A stretch of DNA of 64,000 bases from an uncultured Acidobacteriota bacterium (GTDB lineage: Bacteria; Acidobacteriota; Thermoanaerobaculia; Multivoradales; UBA5704). Positions 45,488 to 54,031 of this stretch are shown in pieces. The stretch is taken from positions 2,208,001 through 2,272,000 of the forward strand of contig OY969474.1 in the NCBI GenBank assembly GCA_963700145.1. The letters run 5' to 3'. The notes below the pieces were generated by a model that saw only the letters and a list, made by a program, of their open reading frames with translations, searched no databases and was not told where the DNA came from. The translations under genes and the position numbers were made by a program. Each line of letters opens with the position of its first letter. The first letter of the stretch is position 1.

Positions 45488-46072
45488 GTGGACGAACCAT
45501 CGCCAGGCAGCGTCACGCGCTTCCTCGTCGCATGGCGCGGCGGAGACGAGCAAGCGCTCGAGCGGTTGCTGCCGCTGGTCTACGGCGAGCTGCGCCGGCT
45601 GGCCGGCCGCTACCTGAACCGGGAGCGGGAGGGCCACACCCTCGAGACCCACGACCTCATCCACGAAGCCTTCCTGCGCCTGGTCGACCAGCGGCAGGTG
45701 GACTGGCGCAATCGTGCCCATTTCTTCGCCATCGCCGCGCAAATGATGCGGCGCATCCTGGTCGATCACGCCCGCCGGCGCGGCTACCGCAAGCACGGCG
45801 GCGACGTGCGGCGGCTGATGCTCGACGACGTGCTCGACGTCGCCGCCGAGCGCGACATGGATCTGGTGGCGCTCGACGACGCGCTGACCGAGCTGGCCCG
45901 GGTCGACCCGGAGCTGGCGAAGGTCGTCGACCTGCGCTTTTTCGGCGGCCTCGACCACGACGAGATCGCCGTCGCGCTCGGCGTCTCCAATCCCACCGTC
46001 CGGCGGCGCTGGCGGGTGGCCAAGGCCTGGCTCTACCGCCGGCTCGCGGGCGAGGAGCCGGATGGCGACTGA
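45488..46072 (+). CDS. ECF sigma factor, Ser/Thr-kinase-associated type (TIGR02999-like)
   Basis: VYGELRRLA, HTLETHDLIHEAFLRL, RAHFFAIAAQMMRRILVDHAR, LRFFGGL, AKAWL. Confidence 0.92.
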   Translation: MDEPSPGSVTRFLVAWRGGDEQALERLLPLVYGELRRLAGRYLNREREGHTLETHDLIHEAFLRLVDQRQVDWRNRAHFFAIAAQMMRRILVDHARRRGYRKHGGDVRRLMLDDVLDVAAERDMDLVALDDALTELARVDPELAKVVDLRFFGGLDHDEIAVALGVSNPTVRRRWRVAKAWLYRRLAGEEPDGD

Positions 46073-48574
46073 GCGCTGGCGCGAGATCGAAGCGCTCTTC
46101 GCCGAGGTCGCGGCGCTGCCGGCCGCGGAGCGCACGCCCCACCTGACGCGCCGCTGCGGCGGCGACGAGGACCTGCGGCGGGAGGTCGAGTCCCTCCTCG
46201 CCGCCGACGCCGCGGCCGGCGACTTCCTCGAGCAGCCGGCGGTGCCGCCCGCCGACGTCTCGCCGCCGCCCTCGGCGGTCGGACGCCGGATCGGTCCCTA
46301 CGCCGTCGAGCGCCTCCTCGGCGCGGGCGGCATGAGCACCGTCTACCTCGCCGTGCGCGCCGACGAGGAGTACCGCCAGCAGGTCGCCATCAAGGTCTTC
46401 GGCTACGGCGCCGACCGCGCCGACTTGGTCGAGCGCTTCCGCGCCGAGCGGCAGATTCTGGCCTCCCTCGACCACCCCAACATCGCCCGCCTGCTCGACG
46501 GCGGCACCACCGAGGACGGGCTGCCGTACCTGGTCATGGAGTACGTCGAGGGCCTCCCCATCGACCGCTACTGCGACGAGCGCGGCCTAGGCCTCGACGC
46601 GCGCATCGACCTCTTCCGCCAGGTCTGCGCGGCGGTGCAGTACGCGCACCAGAAACCTGGTGGTCCATCGCGACATCAAGCCGTCGAACATTCTGGTGAC
46701 CGCCGACGGCGTGCCGCATCTCCTCGACTTCGGGATCGCCAAGCTCCTGGCCGGCAGCTCCCTGCCGCCGGCGGCCGCGGCCACGACGACTGGCCAGCGG
46801 CTGATGACGCCGCACTACGCGAGCCCCGAGCAGGTCGAAGGCCGGCCGGTCAACACCGCGAGCGACGTCTACTCCCTGGGCGTCCTGCTCTACGTGCTGC
46901 TGACCGGCCGCCTGCCCTACCGCTTGGAGGCCGAGCGCGTGGACGCGGTCGAGCGCGCGGTCGTCGAGCAGGAGCCGGAGCGGCCGAGCGCGGCGGTCGC
47001 CGCGCGGACGCTCGCCCGCCGGCTCGCCGGCGACCTCGACAACATCGTGCTGACGGCGCTGCGCAAGGAGCCGGCGCGGCGCTACGCCTCGGTCGAGCTG
47101 CTGGCCGAGGACCTGCGGCGCCACCGCACGGGCCTGCCGGTCCTGGCGCGCCCGGCGACCGTCGGCTACCGGGTGGGCAAGTTCGTGGGCCGCCATCGCC
47201 TGGGGGTCGGCGCCGGTTCTGGACCGGGGCGCGGCCCAGATCACCAACGAGCTCGCGGAGCAGCCGGACGTTCAGGCGGCGCTCGCCGTCACCATTGCCC
47301 GGGCCTACGGCGGCCTCGGCCTCTACGATCGCGCCCAGCCCCTCCTCGAGCGCTCGCTCGCCTTGCGGCGCCGGGTCTTCGGCGCCGCGCACCCGGAGGT
47401 GGCCGAGACGCTCCACGAGCTCGGCGTCCTGCATTGGGCGCGCGGCGAGCTGGACCTCGCCGAGGCCACCCTCCGCCAGGCGCTCGCGATGCGCCGGGCG
47501 CTTCTGGACGCCAGCGACCCCGCGGTGGCCGAAACTCTCAACGCGCTGGGCTTGGTGCTCGTCTTCAAGGCGCGGTTCGACGCCGCCGAGCCGTTGCTCC
47601 GCGAAGCCCTCGCCCTCAATCGCGCGCGGTACGGCGACGACCATGAGGAGGTGGGGAGCAACCTGGTCAATCTCGGCCTCCTGACGAAGCAAAAGGGAGA
47701 CCTCGCCGCGGCCGAAGCCCTCTACCGCGAGGGCCTGGCGATCTTCCGCCGGCTCTTGGGCGGGGCACACCCCCAGGTCGTCATCCAGCTCAACAACCTG
47801 GCGGTGCTGCAATACGAGCGCGGGGACTACGCCGCCGCCGAGGCGAGCTACCGCGAGATGCTGCCCGTGGCGCATCGAGTCTACGGCCGGGAGCACCCCC
47901 AGGTCGCCCTCTACCTCCACAACCTCGCGGCCGTGCTCTCCTGGCGCGGCAAGAACGACGAGGCCGAGCGCCTGGAGCGCGAGTCGCTGGCGATGCGGCG
48001 CAAGCTCCTGGGCGGTGAGCACGAGCAGGTCGGGATGGGCCTCAACATGCTCGCCAAGATCCTGGAGGAGAAGGGCGAGCTCGGCCGCAGCCGGCCGATC
48101 TACGAAGAGTCGCTGCGCATCCAACGCCAGGCCCTCGGCGAGGAGCATCCGCGAGTGGCTGCCGTGCTGGCCAATCTCGCCGGCCTGCTCGCCCAGCAGG
48201 GAGATCCCGCGGCCGCCGAGCCCCTGGCCCGACAGGCCCTCGCCATCCGCCGCCGGGCGCTCGGCGAGGCGCACCCGGACGTCGGGTCCTCGCTCGCGCT
48301 GGTCGGATCGCTCCGGCTCGCCCGCGGCGCACCGGCGGAGGCTGAGCCCCTGCTGCGCCAGGGCCTGGGAGTGCTCCGGGCGGCGCTCTCGGACTCCCAC
48401 TGGCGGACCGCCGAGGCGCAGAGCCTGCTCGGGGAGTGCCTGGCGGCGCGAGGGAAGACGGCGGAGGCCGAGCGGCTCATGACCGCCGGCTACGAGACCC
48501 TGGTGAAGACCCGGGGAGTGGAAAACCCCAAGACCGTGGCCGCGCGTCAACGGCTCGCCAAGCTGAACGGTTGA
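46062..48574 (+). pseudogene. Ser/Thr kinase-TPR receptor, disrupted (frameshift plus internal deletion)
   Basis: GAGGM, VAIK in one frame; extra A at 46653-46655; HRDIKPSN, DFG, YASPEQ in second frame; jump at ~47215 into TPR frame (VLDRGAAQI..., HPxVA..LNNLA repeats). Confidence 0.85.
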
Positions 48575-48622
48575 TCACTTTCGCCGCGGTTTCCCGCGTT
48601 AGGGGCGAAAGGAGACCGATCC

Positions 48623-48679
48623 ATGAAGACCAAGACCCACGTCAAGGCCGGCGGTATCACGGCGTCCGGCGCCGACTAG
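48623..48679 (+). CDS. Double-glycine micro-peptide precursor MKTKTHVKAGG-ITASGAD
   Basis: AAAGGAGA RBS; leader homologous to the four opposing peptides; TAG at 48677-48679. Confidence 0.82.
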   Translation: MKTKTHVKAGGITASGAD

Positions 48680-48755
48680 GCTCCCGAGAGCCGGCAGGAA
48701 GGTTTCGAGGAGGGGCGGAGGCGCGCTCGCGCCGCCGCGCTCGCCCATCGGACAG

Positions 48756-48806
48756 TCAGTCGGTGAGCAGCCTGCCGCCGGCCTTGACGGTCGTCTTGAC
48801 ACGCAT
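48756..48806 (-). CDS. Double-glycine micro-peptide precursor MRVKTTVKAGG-RLLTD
   Basis: GGAGGTGA RBS; 16 codons plus TGA; array unit 4. Confidence 0.88.
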   Translation of the reverse strand: MRVKTTVKAGGRLLTD

Positions 48807-48855
48807 CGCGATCACCTCCCTTCGCTTGGATTCCAGGCAGCGTTCCGCCGCCGGG

Positions 48856-48906
48856 TCAGTCGCTGAGCAGCACGCCTCCGGCCTTGACGGTCGTCTTGAC
48901 ACGCAT
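48856..48906 (-). CDS. Double-glycine micro-peptide precursor MRVKTTVKAGG-VLLSD
   Basis: GGAGGTGA RBS; 16 codons plus TGA; array unit 3. Confidence 0.88.
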   Translation of the reverse strand: MRVKTTVKAGGVLLSD

Positions 48907-48958
48907 CGTGATCACCTCCCTTCGCCAGGTTTTTCCTCACAACGTCTTTCGCCGCGGA

Positions 48959-49009
48959 TCAGTCGCCGAAGATGATGCCTCCGGCCTTGACGGTCGTCTT
49001 GACACGCAT
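48959..49009 (-). CDS. Double-glycine micro-peptide precursor MRVKTTVKAGG-IIFGD
   Basis: GGAGGT RBS; 16 codons plus TGA; array unit 2. Confidence 0.88.
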   Translation of the reverse strand: MRVKTTVKAGGIIFGD

Positions 49010-49058
49010 CGCATTTACCTCCCTTCGCAAGGACTCCAGGCAGCGTTTCGCCGCCGGA

Positions 49059-49109
49059 TCAGTCGCCGATGAGCACGCCTCCGGCCTTGACGGTCGTCTT
49101 GACACGCAT
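49059..49109 (-). CDS. Double-glycine micro-peptide precursor MRVKTTVKAGG-VLIGD
   Basis: GGAGGTGA RBS; 16 codons plus TGA; array unit 1, 82 bp after the ABC exporter stop. Confidence 0.88.
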   Translation of the reverse strand: MRVKTTVKAGGVLIGD

Positions 49110-49191
49110 CGCGGATCACCTCCCCTCCGCCCAGATTTTTCGATCGCTGATCCCTGAGTCCCCGCGGGACCGGAATCCGTTCAATCCGGCC

Positions 49192-51321
49192 CTACGGGTG
49201 GGCGATGACGAGGAGCGTCGGCGCGCGCCGCAGGACGCAGGAGAGCGCCTGCCGCAGGCTCTCCGGGTCGAGGGCGGCGAAGCTCTCGTCGAGGACGACC
49301 AGCTCGGCCTTCTGGAGCAGCGCGCGGGCGATGTAGAGCCGGCTCTTCTCGCCGTGCGAGAGCTGCCAGCCCGACTCGCCGACCATCTGCAGCAGGCCGG
49401 CGGGCATGCGGTCGAGGACGTCGCCGAGCCCCAGCTCGCGGCAGACCGCCTCGGCCTCCTCGACGTCGCCCGGCCGCGGCGGCCAAGCGCGGCCCATCAG
49501 CAGGTTGAAGGCGAAGGTGTCGGTCAGGACGTGGTTCTCCTGGAACTGCGGCGCCGCCACCGCCCGCCGCCGCCACCCCTCGGCGCCGAGCGAGTGCCGG
49601 TCCAGGCCGTCGAGCAGCAGCAGCCCCGACTGCGGCAGGCGCAGGCCGGTGAGCAGCGCGGCGAGCGTCGATTTGCCGCCGCCCGAAGGCCCTTCGAGCA
49701 GCAGCCGCTCGCCCTGCCGCACCGCCAGCGAGGCGCCGGCAACGGCGAGGTCGGCGCGCTCGCCGTAGCGGAAGCCGAGGTCGTGCGCCTCGAGGACGAC
49801 CCGCGAGCCGCCGGCGCCTGCCTGCGCCATCGGGATCAAGGCCGCTCCCGGCGCCGACGCCTCGGAGCGCGCGGCGGCGCGGAAGATCGGCGCCACCTGG
49901 TCCCACGCCACCGCCGCCTCCGACAGGTCGGCCAGCCCGCGGACCATCTTCCACAGCGCCCAGTACGCGAAGAGGGCGCCGCCCAAGGCGACGGCGAGGC
50001 TCCCCGACGACGCCGTGCCGGCGACGAACGGCCGGGCGAGCGCGAGGAGGCTCACCAGCAGCCAGCCGCGCGGCACCAGCACCCGCAGCAGCGCCGCCCG
50101 CCGGTCGAGTTCCGCCGAGAGGTCGAGGTAGCGCTCCAGCTCGCCGTCCTCGCGCTCGTGCCAGCGCTCGGCGCTCTGCTGCGCCAGGCGCGTGCGGTGC
50201 CCGACCATCTGCTCGACCAGGTCGTGCGTCATCTCCAGCCGGGCCGCGGTCCAGACGCGCCTTTGCTCGAGGTACCGCCAGCCGAGCCAGAGCGCGAAGG
50301 CGACCCAGGCGAGGAGCGAGAGGGCGTGCGGCCAGCCCCCGGCGCCGGCGGCGAGGACCGGCAGCGCGAGGAGGACCTCGGCGAAGGTGATCACGCCGAC
50401 GTGCGCCCCGGTCAGCGCCAGGAACTCCAGGGCCTCGGCGTTCAGGATGCGGCCGAGGAGCTGGCCGGCGCCCTGGTGGCGCGTCTCCTCGGGCGCCATG
50501 CGCAGGGCGCCCACCAGCAACCGGCGCTTGAAGAGCCGCCCGGCGCGCGCCATCAGCACGCCCGCCGACCAGAGCTCCAGGGCGCGGAACGGGATGACGG
50601 TCAGCTGCAGCAGCACCCAGGCGGTGACCCAGGCGGGATCGAGCCGCCCCCGGAGGACGCCGAGGCCTAGCACCCACCACGACAGGAGGAGCAGCGCGTG
50701 CTGCGCCATGTGCGCGCCGACCAGGACGGCGGCGCGCCCCGGCAGCCCTGCCCGCCGCGCCGCCGCCCAGAAGCTGCCGCCGGGCGGCAGGTCGAGGAGC
50801 CAACAGCCGCCGATCCGCCGCTCGGCGAGCCGCTCGGCGAGGAGCGCCTCGCGCGCCCGCTCCCGCCGGCGCGGCGGCACCGCCGCCTCGTCGAGCAGGC
50901 GGTCCACCTCGGGGCCGAGGCCGGCGTCGAGATCGCCGCGCAGCGCATCGCGCAGCGCGGCCACCGAGACCCGCCGCGGGCGATGATCGCGGCCGAGCAC
51001 GCGGACCTGCCGGCGGCCGCCGGCGAGGAGGGCGAGGAAGCCGCCCGCGGCCCCCGGCAGGCGGAGCAGCGCCGGCGCGGCGTGGCCGACCAGCGCCGCT
51101 ACCTCGCCGTAGGCGGCCTCGACGGGCTCGGCCTCGAGCCCCATCGCCGCCGCCGCGGCGCCGATCCAGCGGTCCAGCTCCTCGACCGAGACCTCCGGGG
51201 GCGGCTCCGGCAGGTCGAGCTTGCCGGGTGCGAGCCCGGCGGCGCGGGCCAGGGCGGAGAGCGCCTCGCCGAGCCGATCGGCCGGCCAGACGAGCGCGTC
51301 GAGGTCGGGCCGCGCCTTCAC
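49192..51321 (-). CDS. ABC exporter with degenerate C39-like N-terminal domain
   Basis: GTG overlapping upstream TGA; GLEAEPV..PALL.L without catalytic Cys/His; GPSGGGKST, LSHGEKSR, LDES. Confidence 0.88.
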   Translation of the reverse strand: MKARPDLDALVWPADRLGEALSALARAAGLAPGKLDLPEPPPEVSVEELDRWIGAAAAAMGLEAEPVEAAYGEVAALVGHAAPALLRLPGAAGGFLALLAGGRRQVRVLGRDHRPRRVSVAALRDALRGDLDAGLGPEVDRLLDEAAVPPRRRERAREALLAERLAERRIGGCWLLDLPPGGSFWAAARRAGLPGRAAVLVGAHMAQHALLLLSWWVLGLGVLRGRLDPAWVTAWVLLQLTVIPFRALELWSAGVLMARAGRLFKRRLLVGALRMAPEETRHQGAGQLLGRILNAEALEFLALTGAHVGVITFAEVLLALPVLAAGAGGWPHALSLLAWVAFALWLGWRYLEQRRVWTAARLEMTHDLVEQMVGHRTRLAQQSAERWHEREDGELERYLDLSAELDRRAALLRVLVPRGWLLVSLLALARPFVAGTASSGSLAVALGGALFAYWALWKMVRGLADLSEAAVAWDQVAPIFRAAARSEASAPGAALIPMAQAGAGGSRVVLEAHDLGFRYGERADLAVAGASLAVRQGERLLLEGPSGGGKSTLAALLTGLRLPQSGLLLLDGLDRHSLGAEGWRRRAVAAPQFQENHVLTDTFAFNLLMGRAWPPRPGDVEEAEAVCRELGLGDVLDRMPAGLLQMVGESGWQLSHGEKSRLYIARALLQKAELVVLDESFAALDPESLRQALSCVLRRAPTLLVIAHP

Positions 51322-54023
51322 CCTTCCTCCGCCTCGGTCAAGCGGCCGCGCTCCATCCGCAGCCGCCGCCAGACCGTGCTCTGCCAGAGCCCCGACCGCA
51401 CGTCGCCTTCGGCGGCCAGGAGCGCGGCGTAGCGCGACCCCGGTTGCGCGGCGAGGCGCTCGGGCGGGCCGTCCTCGACGATGCGGCCGTTCTCGACGAC
51501 GAGGGCGCGCGCGAAGCCCAGCGTCTCGCCGACGTCGTGGGTGACGCAGAGCAGCGTCGCGCCCTGCCAGAGACGGCGGGCCCGCGCCAGCAGCTCGCGC
51601 CGCTGCTCGCGGTCGAGACCGCGGAACGGCTCGTCGAGAAGGACCAGGCGCACCCCGGGCCGCAGCAGCGCGCGCGCCAGGCGCACTCGCTGGCCCTCGC
51701 CGCCGGAGACCAGGCCGCCGCCTTCGCCGAGCGGCGTCTGCAGGCCCTCCGGCAGCTTGCGCAGCACGGCCACCAGGTCGGCGGCGCCGATCGCCTGGTC
51801 GAGCGGCAGGCCGAGGCCCTCTGCCGCGCCGTAGCGGAGGTTTTCGAGCAGCGGCCGGTTCCAGAGCTGCACCGCCGGATCGACCCAGGCGGTCTCGCGG
51901 CGCAGCGCCTGCAGCCGCTCGCCGCCGAGCGGCTCGCCGTCCACCAGCACGCGGCCCGCGGCCGGCCGGTGCCAGCCGAGGAGAGTCCCGAGGAGGCTCG
52001 ACTTGCCGGCGCCGGAGGGGCCGACGATGGCGACGTGCTCGCCGGGCGCGATCGCGGCGCCGATGCCGGCGAGGATCGTGTGCCCGCCGGCGCGCACGCC
52101 GACGTCCTCCCAGACGATGCCGGCGGCGGGCGCGGGCGACGACGTCAGAGAAGACGGCGCGGCGGCGTGCGGTCCGGCCTCCTCGGCCTCCTCCGGCGCG
52201 CCGAGCGGCTCGAGCAGGCGCAGGGCGACGTTGCGGTGCGAGGGGTACTGGGTGGCGATCGCCAGGATCAGCATCTGCCCGAGGCTCAGGACCTTGAGCC
52301 CCCAGTAGACGAGCAGCAGGATGCCGCCGTCGAGCCCGCGGCGGGCGAGGTGATCGACGAGCAGGACGATCACCATCGAGACCATGGCGATCTGCACCGC
52401 CGTGTCCGCCGCCACCTCGGCGCGGCGCAGGTGGAGGTAAGAGCGCCCCCACTCGACGAGCAGCCCCTCGTGCTGCCGCCGCACCGCCGTCTGCGCGCCG
52501 TGGGTGCGGATCGGGAAGAGGCCGAGGAGCGCGTCGAGGTAGAAGCGCGACAGTGCGCCGGCGTGGTTGCGCACCCGCAGGTCCCACTCCTCGAGCCGCG
52601 GCAGCAGCACGAGCGGCACGCCGACCGCCAGCGCCGCAGCGACGGCGACGACCAGGAGGCTCCCCGGGTCGAGCCAGACGATGCCGGCCAGGGTGAAGAG
52701 CAGCTCGCAGGCGGTGCGCACGAACCACTCGCCGAGGTCGGGCACCAGGCGGAGGCGGTGGACGCCGTGGCTGCGGTCGGCCATGTCGGAGGTCAGGCGG
52801 CTCTGGAAGTAGCGGTCGCCCAAGCGCGGCACCTTGCGCAGGAAGGCCATCCGCAGCCGCGCCTCGAGGTGCCGCCCCAGACGCTGCGCGCCGCGCACGA
52901 TCGGCAGGTCGAGGAGGAGGAAGAGGGCGACGACGGCGAACAGCATGCCGAGCGCCGCGGCCCGCTGGGCGCCGAGCCCAAGCGCCCGCGGCAGGTCGAA
53001 GAAGGCGCGGAAGAGGAGCGCCTCGACGACGACCCCGAGGCCGGCGACCAGCAGCGCCAGCGCCAGCGCGCCCGGCGCGAAGCGGCCGCCGGCGGCGAGC
53101 AGGCGGAGCAGCTCGCGGCCCGGCCGCGCCGGCGGCTCGGCGAGGGCGGCCGCCAGCTCGGGCGAGAGCGGGCTCGGCGCGGCGGCTGCGGCATCGGACT
53201 CCGGTCCGCGGCGGCCGCGGACGCGCACCAGGACGGCGCCGCGCAAGAGCACCTGCTCCTCGCCGTCCGCGCCCGGCGGGCCGGGCCGCACGGACCACCA
53301 GGCCTCGGGCACGGCCTCTGTCGCCGTCTCTCCACCGTCGCGGCAGCGAGCGAGCAGTGAGCGCAGCAGTCGCCCGGCCTCGCCGCCTTTGGCGAGCCCG
53401 CCCGCGGCGACGAGTGAACGGGTCATGCGCACGCAAGCGTCGAGCGCGGCGAGCGCGCGCCAGCCGGGATCGGCCAGTGCCGCCGCCAGCAGCTCGCCGG
53501 CCTCGGCGTCCGAGATGCCGAGCTCGCCCAGGAACGCCCGCTGAACGTCGAGGAAGTCGGCCGAGCCGGCCCATTCGCGGAAGGCCGCCGCCGGCACCGC
53601 CTGCCGGTGGCGGTAGAGCTCGCCGAGGAGCCGGCGCGCCGTCGTCCAACGGCGCCCGGTGGCCGGGTCCATCACCTGGACGAGCGGGCCGTGGCGGCGC
53701 CAGACGACGATGAAGTGGGTCAGCCCGCTCGGGTGGCGGACGACGACGATCGCCGGCAGGTTGTGCGCCGCCGGCGCCAGCAGGTGGTCCGCCGGCACCA
53801 CGACCTGCTCGGCCTCCAGGCCGAGCTGCGCCGCGACCTCCTCCATGGTGTCGATCGAGGTGCCGTCGAGATCGATCTGGCAGGCCTCGCGCAGGCGGCC
53901 GTAGCTCACCGGGATGGCGAAGCCTTCGAGCAGCGACTTGAGGGTCGCCGGCCCGCAGTCCATGGCCGAGGTCTGGACGACCTCGGGGGCGAGGAAGGAG
54001 CGGCGGTCCGGCGGGCGGGACAT
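51318..54023 (-). CDS. Peptidase-containing ABC transporter (C39 peptidase + TMD + ATPase)
   Basis: Start MSRPPDRR; QTSAMDCGPA (Gln, Cys), THFIVV (His), VMDPATG (Asp); GPSGAGKSS, VSGGEGQR, LLDEP. Confidence 0.92.
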   Translation of the reverse strand: MSRPPDRRSFLAPEVVQTSAMDCGPATLKSLLEGFAIPVSYGRLREACQIDLDGTSIDTMEEVAAQLGLEAEQVVVPADHLLAPAAHNLPAIVVVRHPSGLTHFIVVWRRHGPLVQVMDPATGRRWTTARRLLGELYRHRQAVPAAAFREWAGSADFLDVQRAFLGELGISDAEAGELLAAALADPGWRALAALDACVRMTRSLVAAGGLAKGGEAGRLLRSLLARCRDGGETATEAVPEAWWSVRPGPPGADGEEQVLLRGAVLVRVRGRRGPESDAAAAAPSPLSPELAAALAEPPARPGRELLRLLAAGGRFAPGALALALLVAGLGVVVEALLFRAFFDLPRALGLGAQRAAALGMLFAVVALFLLLDLPIVRGAQRLGRHLEARLRMAFLRKVPRLGDRYFQSRLTSDMADRSHGVHRLRLVPDLGEWFVRTACELLFTLAGIVWLDPGSLLVVAVAAALAVGVPLVLLPRLEEWDLRVRNHAGALSRFYLDALLGLFPIRTHGAQTAVRRQHEGLLVEWGRSYLHLRRAEVAADTAVQIAMVSMVIVLLVDHLARRGLDGGILLLVYWGLKVLSLGQMLILAIATQYPSHRNVALRLLEPLGAPEEAEEAGPHAAAPSSLTSSPAPAAGIVWEDVGVRAGGHTILAGIGAAIAPGEHVAIVGPSGAGKSSLLGTLLGWHRPAAGRVLVDGEPLGGERLQALRRETAWVDPAVQLWNRPLLENLRYGAAEGLGLPLDQAIGAADLVAVLRKLPEGLQTPLGEGGGLVSGGEGQRVRLARALLRPGVRLVLLDEPFRGLDREQRRELLARARRLWQGATLLCVTHDVGETLGFARALVVENGRIVEDGPPERLAAQPGSRYAALLAAEGDVRSGLWQSTVWRRLRMERGRLTEAEEG

Positions 54024-54031
54024 GCGGGCGG

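Larger units (their letters stand above)
48756..49125 (-). repeat. Four-unit tandem array (period 100/103/100 bp) carrying the peptide genes
   Basis: 31-bp block CCGGCCTTGACGGTCGTCTTGACACGCATCG identical in all four units. Confidence 0.95.

Noticed and set aside
46640-46670. Programmed ribosomal frameshift in the kinase
   Set aside because: There is no slippery heptamer, and a second lesion with a deletion follows; mutation or sequencing error is more parsimonious.
48756-49125. CRISPR array (31-bp identical repeats at regular spacing)
   Set aside because: The spacers are ~70 bp, similar to each other and contain RBS and stop codons; the repeat is the coding leader; no cas genes are present.
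48884-49157. Plus-strand ORFs with repeated PPALTVVLTRI
   Set aside because: These are antisense shadows of the peptide array; SD, ATG and stop are conserved only on the minus strand.
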